A stretch of DNA of 64,000 nucleotides from Tubiluchus corallicola (Eukaryota; Animalia; Priapulida): positions 186,001 through 250,000 of the forward strand of contig JAQGDQ010000196.1 in NCBI GenBank assembly GCA_030141605.1. The letters are read 5' to 3'. Shown in pieces: positions 1 to 35,570 of this stretch; the stretch's first letter is position 1; each line of letters begins with the position of its first letter. A program made the translations under genes and the position numbers. Under the pieces are notes generated by a model, which had not been told where the DNA came from, ran no database searches, and saw nothing but the letters and a program-made list of their open reading frames with translations.

Positions 1-70
1 TAGAAAAATCAGTTAGAAAATTAACCAGTTACAGTTACTTACATTAGTACATCAATCATAATTAAGGATA

Positions 71-359
71 CAGTAATTCCTCGCTTAACGGTGATAAGGC
101 GTGCTAAACGTGACGTTAAGCGAAAAATCATTAAACGAAACCTAACATCTACAGAAAATAATGTAGAAGAACTGAGATACGTTCCAGAGGCAAAAGTCAA
201 TGCTGGTTAATCATATAATTTCAACATTTTATGAGTTTCATTCATACTTCTACAGGTTGATTTTCTGTTTGCTTGAACTATCTTTCTTACCAATACCTAG
301 CCGCTAGACTGCTAGCAAATTCACTTTGGTCAATGTTGAAGCCCTATATATACTTATAC

Positions 360-395
<36 letters not shown>

Positions 396-825
396 TTTAA
401 TGACACTGAACGCTTGACAGCTTTTCTCACTTAATATATATATATATACAGTTAGTGGTTAAGTTAAACACTGCTCAGTGAAAGTCAAGCCCTGAAGCAA
501 TCTTGAAGTAGTAATAGCCTGGTGGCTGTAGCAACAGGTTGCAGATAAATTTCCTTGGCACAAAGTTTGAATTCAGGTGTCGTGCAAATAGCAAAGAGAT
601 TTCACTTGATACAAATGACTAGCATTTAGTACGTAGTCAGTCAGGAAGCAAAAACATCCCACCATTTTACTGTTTTGTATTAATAGTTCGTTTTTAGAAC
701 AGACAAATGCAATAACAATTTAGATGCTTCAAATTAGATAAAAAAGCTGTTGTTAAAATAAAAAATGACTTTGAGTAAAGTAGAAAAAAATCATTGTTAA
801 AATGAAATGTGCGTCATTAAGTGAG
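71..825. mobile_element. Decayed Tigger/pogo-like (Tc1/mariner) non-autonomous element
   Basis: TA followed by CAGTAATTCCTCGCTTAACG at 69-90, a Tigger-type terminus. A CpG-decayed inverted copy of its inner part (cattaagtgag) lies at 815-825; the outermost right terminus is not visible. Confidence 0.4.
346..395. repeat. Compound (TA)n/(TG)n microsatellite
   Basis: Directly visible dinucleotide runs. Confidence 0.85.
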
Positions 826-1149
826 AAAAGCACACAATCCACATTACATACAAGTACAATGCATATAGCAAATTCCTGTATAAGAATATAAACCTGGCAT
901 GTAAATAGGAAATACTGAGGAAGCACTATTTACTTGTATAAAGTTCTCCTAATATTACAGCTTACAGTGTTGGATAGAGGTTAAGCATAAATGACTGCTT
1001 TTCACGCATCCAATCGTCTCTGGATACTTCATTTATGTTGAATACTCTAGTAGGTGGTGGTGCTAATGATGTGATCAAGAAGATAATATCAGTGTGTTCT
1101 ATGTACAATGGGTAGTGTCAGGTTCCCTCAAAAATCCAAGTGCCTTGTT

Positions 1150-1970
1150 GTCATTGCGGAAGTCCAGAATTAATATATTTCTCCGGATGATTGGCCCAGA
1201 GTTGATCTAATTGAGCTTTAAATTGAGAAACTGAAGAAGCACTCACTACATACTCAGAAAGCTTGTTCAGGCACTTGCAATACGAGCTGCAAAGAAATTT
1301 TGTTTTCTTCCCCATTTTGAGCCAAATTTCTTATTGATTTTAAGGGAATGTCTTCTTGTCCTGTGATGTATCTGAAGTTCAAATATATTATTATTGTGTA
1401 TCCGGTCAGTACCCTTAATGATTCCAAATGTCTGGATCATATCTTGTTTGTGTCTTCTGTGATTAAGTGTTGTACGTCCTAAGTGTCTTGACCTATCAGG
1501 ATACGTTCTTTCAGCTATACCTGGTATGGTCCTAGCTGCTCGACGCTGAATGCTTTCAAGGTCACAAATCATGCCATGTCTAGATGGGTTCCAAATCAAG
1601 TCAGCATAGCCTAAGACAGGTCTTACCATAAATTTGTAAAGGTTCATTAACATATCAGTGTCCAAGTATCTGAAGTTACGCTTTATTAATCTGCCGTGAA
1701 TATGATTTGTAGACTGAAGCTTGTTATTCACAGTAATGCCAAGATCTTTTTACTCAGATAGGTATTCGATAGGTCTGAGACTACTATTATGTGTCATGAC
1801 ATATAGTGATTTACTTGATATTTGGTTACCTATTTTCCTGACTTTATCATGGTTAAAATTCATCTGCCAAGTATTGCACCACTTATGTGCAAGCTCTACA
1901 TTAATTTGCATATGATGTTGATCCTCAGTGGTGGTTACCATATTATATATTTTGGTGTCATACATCATGT
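1150..1970 (-). mobile_element. CR1-clade LINE, 3' fragment of ORF2 (post-RT C-terminus), degenerate
   Basis: Minus-strand ORFs 1750-1968 (DTKIY...KWCNTWQMNFN) and 1267-1731 (LYKFMVRPVLGY..IWNP, LESIQRRAARTIPG, TL.HRR..DMIQTF, TRRHSLKI, RKQNFFAARI) carry hallmark CR1 ORF2 C-terminal motifs, with frameshifts. Confidence 0.88.
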
Positions 1971-2576
1971 ATATATATATACACGGATGTATATATATAT
2001 AATATCATTTTTGTATTTATTTTAAATTTTATCATACATTTAGAGTACGTAGCATTATATAAAAATTAAAAAAACATTTACTTTAACTATGCTATAAAGC
2101 TACAATTATATGCAATAGACTGAGTTCTTAAATCAGTCTGGGATCAACCTGGTCATCGCTGAATTTTTCTTACTGAGCGAAAAGAATCCTGTCTTGACGG
2201 ACCCCATACCACATCTGCAACCTCGAGAATGGGTCTGATCAAAGACAGAAATTCAGAACCAAATATTATGTGAAAATTAGTGGTAAAAGGCGTTATCACC
2301 ATAATGGCTTAACAACACCAATGAAATTAAATGTTAAATCATTTTCCTTCAGTTCCACAAGAAATTGCCCATTGAAGAAATAACTAAAGTAATGAGTAAT
2401 GACAATGCAATTTCAATACATGTGAACTCTGATATTAAGTATGAGTACAAAAGTCAAGTAAAATGATTAAGATAGTCACACTAGATGTCAAAAACACACT
2501 TCCATGTAATACTTTCAAATGTGTAGTTAATTCATCACAATTTTTCACAGCAAAGCACACAAAACACATTTCTCAC

Positions 2577-2597
2577 CTGTTCTCTGTCGGGTGCCAT
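2577..2597 (-). CDS. Putative first coding exon (MAPDREQ) of an unidentified minus-strand gene continuing left of the window
   Basis: Minus strand reads aaaaatcgccATGGCACCCGACAGAGAACAG|GTGAGa: strong Kozak context, 7 codons and a consensus donor. It lies in a locally CpG-rich patch. Minus-strand bases 25-1 resemble a branch point plus pyrimidine tract (ttttCTAACtgatttttcta). Confidence 0.5.
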
Positions 2598-2760
2598 GGC
2601 GATTTTTAAGTTTGCGCAGGGCAAAACGCGCACGTTTTAATTTAAATGTAGCTGCGAATTCGGTATTCCAAATTCGGGCTAAATTCTACAGTCTGTGCAC
2701 TTCTTCTGATAATAACTTGTTTCAAGCTGGTCAGGAAAACGTAACTAATTGCGTTTGTTT
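2598..2760. promoter_or_regulatory. Candidate bidirectional promoter for the MAPDREQ gene and RAD54L2
   Basis: Local CpG/GCGC cluster (tgcgcagggcaaaacgcgcacg, gctgcgaattcgg) just upstream of the minus-strand ATG. The first RAD54L2 coding exon begins with a splice acceptor (8816), so an upstream exon is required. The TSS position is inferred. Confidence 0.35.
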
Positions 2761-3239
2761 TCCCATTAAACTGATTCTGTACAAAAAATATAAAGTAATA
2801 ATAATTATAATTTCTTAAATAGTTTAGAATTGAAGGCCAAATTTACGTGGGCTTCATGCTGTAATTTTTACCGTGATTCGTGAAAAACAGAAAATTTGTA
2901 CATTATTGTTACATCTAATTTGGTTTCGGACACGGAAATTAAGACATTATATCAACAGGCGTATGGTATCGGCTTTTTTATTCCAAAAATAATTCCGATT
3001 TCTTAAAACTTCTGTTTCGTGAAATTAAGTTCCACAAAATTACAACAAAAATTTAATCTTGTGTACAAAAGGTTCTATGTTATTATGCCACCACAAGAAT
3101 TGTAAGTCGAAATGGCAACATCAGTTTTCAAACTAAAATTTTTGTTTTGAGGTCAATCTACTTAGATAAAAAAAGACCGTCTAGCGTTTTTCCACAGTTA
3201 AAGAGTAAGTAAGAATCTTTATTTATCACCTTTTTACAA

Positions 3240-4965
3240 GAAAAACAAAATCATTTGCACTAATTTTGTACTTGGAATCAGACTGCATCTGATATAATTT
3301 TACATACCATGAATGGTGAATTCATCTGGGTCATTATCTTCATTAGCAGCACACAATAGATCAGAGTAGAAAGAGACCGTATTAGTAAGATTCAGCAGTT
3401 CAGTCTGGTCACCCAGTGCATCAAAAAACTCATCCTCAGTTAGACTTTGATAAGGTAGTATGCTGTTAATACACTGCAAACAGAAAAAGGAATCGTTAGT
3501 GTTCGTTAGTAGAGCAAACTCATTATTGGATAATAAAGTGCAATTTCCGTGTATCCTATTTTTGGAGATATCACAAAAAATTGCACTTTGATTTATTCGG
3601 CATGGTTTATTGTAAGAAATGCAAGGGTAACGAATTACCATAATTCTGATAAAAAAACTAAGGTATATCTCTGCTTATTTACGTGTTAAATGAAACAATG
3701 AGGATTGACAATTTATCTTAATTTATTCAAGTCGGCTTCAGTCTTAATTTCAAAAGGCTCACATTCATCATTAACTTTTAAGTAGATACGTCCTTGATTA
3801 GTCCAAACTGATTTGTACTTTTTGAGTTTCTTAAGTGCTAGGCACTTGGTAAACAGGTCTTTTCTGCACCTTGTTAGACATTCGTTGATAAAGATTTTGC
3901 CATTTTTAAGAATGCTTAGCTTATGAAGGTCTGGCATTTTCATTTGGGATCTGTAAAACATGTCTCTTGTAGTCCTCTTCAGAAATTTACTATTATGGGA
4001 TTTGGTCCCTTCGATGATGTAACTCAATACGAGATACTAATATCATTATAAGTAACATTTAGTCCCATCAGGCCACCAAGTTTCACCTCAATATCATCCG
4101 TTTTTATGTTTTCCATTGGTGGAACACCACTAATCAGCAAACAGTCACTACGAGTGTACTGCTCGAGAGTATTTAGTTCATATTCTGTGTGTTGAAATTT
4201 TGTAGCAACTTCGTCTAGAGTGCATCTCAATGCATGGTTTTCATTTTTTTGGTTTCATCTAATTCCTTCTTAATGTGTTGGTGATCATTTTTGATGTCTT
4301 CGTATTGAGCAGCAATGAATTGTTAACTTGAGGTTAGACTATCGAGTTCCTTTCTCATGTTATCAAATTCTAAGACCATGGTATTTTTAAGACCATTTAT
4401 AGCTTCAAGTAGTCGAGATTCCATGGAGTCGACAGGGTTGGCTACTGCTTGGACACCTGACCCAACTGTCACACTCTGACATGTATAACCTTTCTGGCTA
4501 GCAGATTGACAAAAACTTTAAGATACAAGAGTGGTAGATCTAGTTGTAGCATTAGTGGGTGTTGAGTTAGTATTTGTCTCAGTGCCTTGAGTCCCAGCAT
4601 TTGAAATCCTTGATGCATTATCTATGTTTGAGCTTACTTTAGATTTTTTGCTCCCACTCAGATTAGCATTATGTTTTTTATTGCCTTAGACTATCACTTG
4701 CTGATGATTCGGAACTTCTTGTTAGGTGGCCATGAGGCATTAGCTTACTGTTACATAAGTTTACTAGTGTCTGTTTACTACAGCTCGCTAAGTTTTGCTC
4801 AACTTCATGAATTGTTTGGCATAGAAAACTTCGAGGCTTTGCACCATTAGTAATGGCGGCTAGAACTACACTCCAGGTTGCGGCATACAGCAGTGTCAAG
4901 GCCACAACAAGTGCTGTACAAGAATACTGTCTTGTACGTTTGAACGTTCTCACCATGTTTGTTCT
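3240..4965 (-). mobile_element. L2/Crack-type LINE 5' portion: 5'UTR, ORF1 and PHD-finger start of ORF2; 3'-truncated, degenerate
   Basis: ORF1 remnants ~4740-3713: coiled coil, LEQYTRSDCLLISGVP, IFINECLT..RKDLF..CL.LKK..KYKSVWT.QG.IY.K. ORF 3641-3300 has a degenerate PHD finger (C..NKPC...Q.AIFCD....IHGNC...FFCLQC..ILPY). Similarity stops where the endonuclease should begin. Confidence 0.8.
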
Positions 4966-5569
4966 CCAAAGACTTCATAAGGTTGTCTGCCGAAGATTGC
5001 TTATATAAAGTTTGCAGGAATCAAAACTTAAGTAAATTAATTCTTTTTATTCATTTTGCTAATTTTTGTGCGAGCACCGAAATTTTGAAACGTCTCCGTT
5101 TTGGCGCATACGCACAGAGTTCTGGACATTTGTCAATGACATTCGAGTTGATCCCCATGAGGGTTGCCATGTGCTGGAAATCAATAGTATGTCCCACGTC
5201 CCGAGCGACCTGGTTACAATACAGTGTTTGTCCTGAATGTAGTAATAAGCAAACATTAATCACCATTCATGCAGAACACTATATGAATTTATCAATTGAA
5301 AATGCCACATTGATGTTAAATACATTAGAAATTTTTACAATTTTCCAAAGATACAAAAGTTTTAAACCAGAAATCAAAAAATAAATGGTTGAAAAACTGT
5401 CTGTCGCGATTGCTAAAGTTTATAGCAAGGGCTCTGTGTGTCCAGAATTTTCACTGCAACTAGATGAATTAGGAACGATATACAGCTGACAAGCAAAATA
5501 AATGTTCTGAGCTTTATTGTGCAGAGATAACACTAGGAAGCCATTAGTGTAATGCATTCTAGGCAGAAA

Positions 5570-5960
5570 AAACTGAGATCGGTTTTTCTCAGATGGAAAA
5601 TACCCGTTTATATCGGGTATTAAAAAATTAAATGCCGGAACAATGTCAGCTAATCATCAACAGAAAAATAAGCACACTTCAGTGATGTATAAAGCACTCA
5701 GAACATGGAGCAAAACAATAAATGCATCAACCAGTTTATATTATGCCCATCACTTAGAGAAAATAAAGCATTGATATAGATTTGTGGCCCAGAAAAAATG
5801 GAACATGATTCACTGGGTTATGGTACCTGGAATTTCTTAAGAGAGGAAGTGTACAATGGCCATACAAAGCCATTTGATGCCGAGGAACTATAGGCAAAAC
5901 TGTTGAGTATTGGGACCAAATATTGGTTAAAGAAGTGAAAAAAAATCTGTGAGCTATTTA
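5570..5960 (+). mobile_element. Highly decayed Tc1/mariner-type transposase relic
   Basis: Broken frames give FSDGK (~5586, resembling FSDEK) and WP...LGYGTWNFLREEVYNG..KPF..EEL*..WDQI, resembling the WPxxSPDLNPLDYxxW C-terminal region. Confidence 0.45.
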
Positions 5961-6072
5961 TTAAAGGTAACGCCTTCATATGTGGTAAAATAACAAATTA
6001 TAGAAAATTGCCTTAAACCTGCACTGAACAGCAAATCTATATTTTTGATAGATATTAAACTATAAACCTTAA

Positions 6073-7478
6073 AGGAGAATATCATGAAAATCAAGTTAAA
6101 CTTATTTTATAGTTGCCTTCCCCGGGAACAACTTGGCAAAATTTTTTTAGCAGTACGTTGTCTAGTTAATGAGTAATTAACTTTTTTGTATCTCACGGGA
6201 AACGCCATGGAGCTGCACTTACGCCTCTCTCGGTGAAAAAATTGAACTAGCGCAGCTCAGGCTGATGACGTAACAGAGTGTATCCGCCAGCTTGTTGTGA
6301 TACTGTGGTACACAACTGGGCTAAAAATAAAGCTGTTATTACTACATTACAGCATTTGACCTTGGTTCGGATAGGTAGTCAGCTGATAGAAATGATTGTC
6401 TTTGCGCTCGTTAACATGTTTTCATCAAAAGCGATATATTTTTTATACTGTTGGAATATGCCTACAGCATATTGTGAAAATTCTTGTGGCATTAATTGAA
6501 AACATCGTCAGCAATACAAGCTGCAAAAATGTGGGCCTCGGTAACAAAAGTGCTTTTCTTCTAAAACAAGCTTTTCTTCTAAAACAAGTCCGATATAGTA
6601 ACTTCATTCTGCTAGAAGAATTAATGAATTTATAAACACGGATAAACTCACTGAAGCATAATTATAATGCTAGTGTGACAATTTTTAGTGACAGCTTCAT
6701 TTTATCAGCCTTGACAAAAAAATATGTGAACCCCGCTGACACAGAGACTATAACATATTAGCTGTAGACTTATTGATTAAACATATATGAACATTTTTAA
6801 CTTTGTCGTGTTTCAGTTATTTAAATCAGTAAGACTTTTAATACCAAGCAGAACTTTAACCGTTGTTCATTAGCTTCTGTTTTTACATGATAACGTCATG
6901 TTGTGTTTATTTTTACACAGCAGTATTATTAAAATATTAGGATTAGATAAAATTCTTGTGGTCAGTTGGACTGAAATAAAAATTAATGATAATAATACAT
7001 TCATTATTAATATAATTATTATCCACTTTTACAATATAAAAAACTAACGATATAATGTGATTCGATGACAAAATAATTATTAATTGCATTACATAATATA
7101 ATTGTGATATTTTTATTGAAATGGATACAAATCTCGAGATGACTAAACTGCATCGATAAACTATGCACTTGGGCTTAAAATGAAACAAAAAAGACACTAC
7201 AAAAAACTGCATCTGACTGAATCTCTCCGAAGTGTAAGCACAATATTATTAACACTAGATTCATCATGTTCTAAACTCACGTTTCAAAGCAAACAGACGA
7301 GAAATTATCACACAGGTTGTAGGAGTGATTACAGGTTTTTAGATTGTACTTTCATTGCTTCAATAATTTTCTGTTGCTCATTGGAAACTAAAAGTTATTA
7401 TATTTTGGCTTCGTATTTCGATATTTTCCGTCTGACTGAATTATTCAAGCTCAACTTAATTTTGGTGATATTCCCCCT
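6073..7478 (+). mobile_element. Non-autonomous Kolobok-type DNA transposon, copy 1 (1406 bp)
   Basis: TTAA at 6069-6072 and 7479-7482 flank TIRs AGGAGAATATCA...TGATATTCCCCCT. AG..CT termini with a TTAA target fit Kolobok rather than piggyBac. A close inverted copy lies at 41570-43474. Confidence 0.85.
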
Positions 7479-8821
7479 TTAAATTAACACAAAATTATTG
7501 CTTCATTGAATCATTTTTAATGGTGGCCCTTCCAGAATTCCGGTAAATCAGCCCGAGGATATTAATTACAATAAGGAACATAATATATATATATATTGTA
7601 ATATTAAAGGTATATATTATATGTATAATATATATTATATTATGTATATCTTTATATATTATATATATATGCACAAAATAATGAGCAACATTGTTAATGA
7701 CATCATAATGAACAACCGTTATATGCACAATGGTATTATTCTATGATAGAAAGTATATGGGACGCCGGCAATACATTTCTGACAAAAGCCTAGAATAATT
7801 TTGACAGTTTTGAATATTTCTAGCAGAAATTAGAATTTCAATATAAAGTGTAATACCTGATTTATTTTTTTCATATAATATATTATAAAAAGGATATTTT
7901 ACATTGTGGTTTAAACTGTTAGTCAATAAAGAATTTCAAAATAATTCACTTAAACCTTCTTACAGTGCATGTGCTGTGAAATAATCCTAAGTCACTGTTT
8001 TAGATGCCTGAGATGTGGCAGCCTTGGCCTCCATCCTAGTGTTCCTGCCTTGCACCCTATAGCTTATAAGTATTCTGCCTGGAAACTGTAGGATTGGATT
8101 TTCAAATAGTGAAAGAGATTTAAGAGGTTTATACCAGCATGCATACATGTTCAAAAACATGATCAAGAAAAAAATAAACTCCTGAAACGAACTCATGACT
8201 TCTTTTGATATTAGATTTTAAAAATAGACCAAATTAATACTGTAGTGAAAAAATGAGTACATGCTAGTTTTTTTTAATTTCGATAATGAGTGATGAAGAA
8301 CATCATTACTTAGGCTGCTCACACGAAAATTGTCAGTTAAGATTGTCTATGTTGTCTAAACAAGAAAATATATATGGACATTTGAATCTTACTGGTGGTT
8401 GTGTGTTGCTAGATTAAAGATTTATATTTCAAATTCATTGGAGAATATTTATATTTATTATATAAATGTGAGTGCACTTATAAAAGTTTTGTCATTTACA
8501 CATGTTAGCTTGTTACTGTCAGTCAATTTTTAGTTGTGTTTGGATATAGTGTGTAGTGCTACAAGTTTGGTATCATGGTATGACAAGAAAAATAGATTAG
8601 AAAGCTTAAAAAATTGTTTGCCAGATCTCTGGTATTGAACCCAGGTCTTCTGCATTTGTAGCAACAGTAGCCACAGAGGAATTTCTATTTTTTGCGCTAG
8701 CAAATAAGTTACATTAAGCAGCTTAGAATACTTAGAGCTAAGAAGTTTAAACAATGTAGCAAAGAGCATTTAAATCATCAAGAAATTGCTAAAACTAATC
8801 AATAGTTTGTTTTCAGAGCCA

Positions 8822-30893
<22,072 letters not shown>

Positions 30894-33062
30894 ATGGTGG
30901 ATTATGACACGCACTCTACCACTATTTAGGCTACTTACTTGGTTAAACCAAAGCTAGTCTGTTGATAAATGTAAACAGTTCAGTTAGTGCAATTATTGTT
31001 ACTTGAAGTGCATGCTTTCTTAGCTGTGCACATTTCATTACTTTGTTGTTTATAATTTCACTGTTTTTATTGTCAATGCAACATACCTAGGTAACAACCA
31101 AATGCACAGTTCCTATTGGCATCATACTTATGAGCATGTCCTCCAGAAATTCTTTTCTGAGCCCAAGAGGCAAGTTATCACATGTGTTTTTGCGTATACT
31201 TTCATTTTCAGTGGTTGCTAGAAAACAAAAACTTTCTTAGAAATTGCGAGAAAGTGATATTCAACATACCGATGTATGAGCTGTCGTCATCGAACATTTG
31301 CGATTTGTTGGGACTATCTCACGGACTTAAAAACTCAGAAGTTCAGATAAATAAGCAAATTTAGCTCTGTTGTATGTATTGCAAACTTGTATTTGACTTA
31401 TAGAACTCTGCAATGATACACTCTGATCTAGTTAACGACAACAGTGATGCACCGCCACCGAGTGTGCCATTTCAACACCGCTAAAAGAGACTTCTTTACT
31501 CATGACAATATGCATCGAAAGCTAAAATTTTGATCAAGTAAATCCAAACAAGTCCATGATTCTTCATAGCCAAATTTTGCCATATAAATTAGAAACAGCT
31601 TTAGTCTGTGATATTAGTTTACCTGCAACTTGACCTAAATAGCCTGTAAATACAGGTGCAATTTACACCTGTAGCAGCTAGCATACTTATAGCATTTATG
31701 TTTTGCGCAAGGCTATTTCATAATAAGCGTTTAAATGATAGAACATTCCACTTCACTATTATAAATCTAACAAACAACTCTTTGAAAGGGGAACAATTTG
31801 TTCAAAAGTTTTTACCCACATTTATTATAATTTTTATGGCTTGCTTAATAACTTAACTGTTTATTCTTAGTGTTGTGCATAAACAGTCTAATTCTATACT
31901 ATTAAAAAACAATTTGTTTATTCCTTGTGATTAACCCTTGCCCAATGGTCTTGTGTGTGTCCTATATCTCCAAAATTTGAAGTTTAATGTTCCATACACA
32001 AATGTAAATTAGTTGTGAATTAGTTATTAACAGTACTGTTGTTTAAAACACTGTGCTTGTATAAAACGAGGATCACAAAGAGCACAAGCTACTCTACAAT
32101 TTTCGCTGTTTCTGCGGTGTCACTATTTGGTTAGACAGGAACAAAAGAATATCACTGTGCAAGATACAAGTAACGCAATCAGATTTAACACTTATAATCC
32201 ATTTGTAACTACCACATTATTTTCAGCTAAATTTCTAGCATAACACTGCTTCTCTTTCTTGCTTCTGTTGCTATTTAGACATTTTCAGGATGAATATCAT
32301 CCCAATAAATTTTTTGAAATTCTTCCCTCTGCCCATAGATACCATTCATTTAATTCTCCAACCACAAGGACTAAATACTTTCTATTCTGTTGCATTTCGC
32401 ACTATCAGCAAGTGAATTTCAGTAAATATAAAATATTCTCTATATCACTGTGCATATTTTATTAGCATTTATGCGACAAGTGATTGAATTTATTTATCTG
32501 TTAATTTTCTTTTGTTGTAGTACAAAAAACGACATAAATTTCATTATATGTACTACAATACAGTGATAATAAATCACTTACTTATACCTCACTGTCATTA
32601 TTTTGTTTAGTGAATGCACAGAAAACAACATCAGACAAATGACTAAACTTTAAAACACTAGTAAGACCGAAGACTAAAGTATAAAGCTATAATATGAGCA
32701 TTCTCCGCTTACAATTTCATTATTATTATTTCTACACTTATTTGCTGGTTTATTAAGGAAACAATGAGTCAGCATGAAAATTTTGTAGTAGCAGCTAACA
32801 CTAATAATAAGTGCACAGAAAACTAGCAGAGGCAAGGGTTACTCTTATCCTCAATGCTATCCTTTCAACAATGATCTTCATTATGTGCATCACTAAAACG
32901 GTATTTGTTAGCTGTACTCTTAATACTTGGTCACATACAGTTAAGACTTAACTGTGCCCATTTGATAATGTCCAAAATGCGTATGTATAAAAGTTTTTGT
33001 GAAAATAATAAATATGTAGAAATGCATGTTTAACAATTATTTTGTTATATTTCTTTCTCTGC

Positions 33063-33065
<3 letters not shown>

Positions 33066-33100
<35 letters not shown>
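33066..33100. repeat. (TA)n microsatellite
   Basis: Directly visible. Confidence 0.85.
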
Positions 33101-33103
<3 letters not shown>

Positions 33104-34756
33104 AGTAGGTTTTCTTATGTTAGATTCTTGCTTTAGGCTTAAGCGTAAATTGTAAATGTTAGTTGGTCTTCTAACTTGTGTGTTCTTAACATAATTATTT
33201 ATCCTGCATTCTGGTTCTGTGAATAATCATGCTCATGTTCTGAAGTTAAGCATTAATAACTGTTGTGTAATTTACTAAATAACGTAGTAATTATGAATGA
33301 ACCTATTTTGTTTTTTGTGTATATAAGTAGCGCTAGGCAACTTGAAGCAAAAAATGCTGCTTAGTATTATGCATAATTTACATGCAAATATGTACATTTA
33401 ACTCTAGAGTGCTTCGTATATGCTTACTGTACAGTCTTTTGCCATATGCTTATTGTAAAACTATTTTCTGATGTAAAGTTTATGTAACATCCATGTCTTG
33501 CTTATATGAAAGGAAGATACTATGTGTAATTGTGGCTCGACAAATAGAATCTCACAAATAAGTCCTGTTTGTGAATTAAACAATTCCTGTAATTACAGTA
33601 CCCATTACAAAGCTGTACAAACAGCAGCAACAATGATGCAAGCTTCTGAATGTGTGAAGTACAAAAACTATCTTGCAATATTGCACATTGATCTGTCTGT
33701 CAATTAGCATTGCCTTTGGCGTATCATTCGTATGGGTGCTAGAAGCCGCCGTTTTACCAATAATTTAAAATGCATAATTATCCTCCATTTTCATTAATTA
33801 TCATAGTAGGTCTTGTACAGCATCTGTGAAAATAAACAGTATTAATTGAAATATTTTCTTTTGAGCTTCTTTCATCATTCTGTTAATGTTTAACTTGTGA
33901 TTATATAGCAACAGGGATTATACATAAAAATTTTATAACAGTGAATCACAACTTCATTAGTAAAAATTTATTAACAGATTTATAACAACCTCTTCATTTA
34001 AATGTTGAGATCAAATGACAATTTAACACTGGATTTGAACACAGCTTTGAATGACACCGTGATGAAATCGCGATGACCTAATCTGATCTAGTAATTTTGT
34101 AATTCACCGGTTTGCCAAAAAAGATTGGCTCCGTACTTATAGTTCACATTTAATGTTCTACATATTATCTTGGTTGCACTGAGCATTGAGAAGTCAAAAT
34201 GACATCATATCTAATTTCTGTACAATTACTACAACTGTTATACTGTACAAAATTAGTATATTGCATTACAGTACGGAAATATACGCTAAGCAACATGATA
34301 CAACAACAAACAGGCATTGCTCATTCTTCGGTATGTAAATTGACTCACAAATTCATGCAAACGTGGATAAAAGTGCACCCTGGTATTTTTATAATATGGA
34401 TTCCACAAATTTGTGGTTTTACGTACTTAGTTTTGTGATTACATTTGCTCAATAATACATATTTCAAATGATGTCATTATACCTATTTTTTTATACTTGA
34501 AGACATCTAGTATGTAGCACTCACAAATATGATCACATGATTGCACAGATTGACCTGTTTTTCCAAATAATTTTGTCAAAGATTGAAATAAATGTGACCA
34601 TCATCTCGCTGTTAAGAAGAACAAAATTTAATACAGAAATTCAGTCCTTCAGGTAAATTTAGTCTGCAACTTGTTTCACCAGTATTGACTTTCAATTTGA
34701 ATGCATAAAACAAGTCCGATTATAAAAATAAAATCAACATTAATTAATCAATACTA

Positions 34757-35570
34757 CAGTCAAACCTCGTTATAACGCCAGGTCTGGGACACCACTAAAT
34801 GTGGCCAGTCCAGTCTGTAACATCTATTTTGTTTCGTAGTTATTTTTAATATGCCATAAATAGTATAATATTATTATACTTACAACAACGCATGTGTTAT
34901 ACTGTACATTTTTGCTGCATTAAGAAAATTTATGCAGGTGTAGTTCTATGGCGGCACATCGCAGAACTTTTAGGTAACACAATGAAATAGCAGTCTTGTG
35001 AAAACTGCTGTCTCCTGATAAAAGAAATATGCAGCTACACAGTCCAGCCCAAGCACGGTCCCAACGTAGCATTATTAGATAATTAGGACTACAAATAGCT
35101 GCTGCAATTGCAATGTAACTTAACCTTGAGTCAAACAGCTTTTACAGCCATTAGATTCACATCAGTTCAATACTGCAGCTTAGCTACACAACTATTGTAC
35201 CTTAAAATGCACGTTCCCTGCCCAAAACCTGAGCATTCACTTTCATACAGCCACTTGCAACAAGACCTAAATCTTAAATTAAAATATCATAATTGTTTTT
35301 CTGTCCAGAGATCATTGTTTTTACAACAAAATGGCTGTTTTTTAGCAACAATTCATTGTACTTTATCTTCCCTAGCATTATAATGGGGTAAATTATTATG
35401 TAAAATAGACTTTTGGCACAGCAGATAAGTTGGCAGATGGCGGCAGGCGAGATTGGCGGTATTCCCTATATTTAATATATGATGGAAATCGGGACAGGGC
35501 AATAGTTGGCATTATTGGCATTATGCCGAGGCTGGCGTTACAACGGGCGGGGTATAACAAGGTTCGACTA
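34757..35570. mobile_element. Tigger/pogo-like MITE (814 bp) with TA target duplication
   Basis: ta|CAGTCAAACCTCGTTATAACG at 34755-34777 and an imperfect inverted copy GGGTATAACAAGGTTCGACTA|ta ending 35570-35572. Confidence 0.7.
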
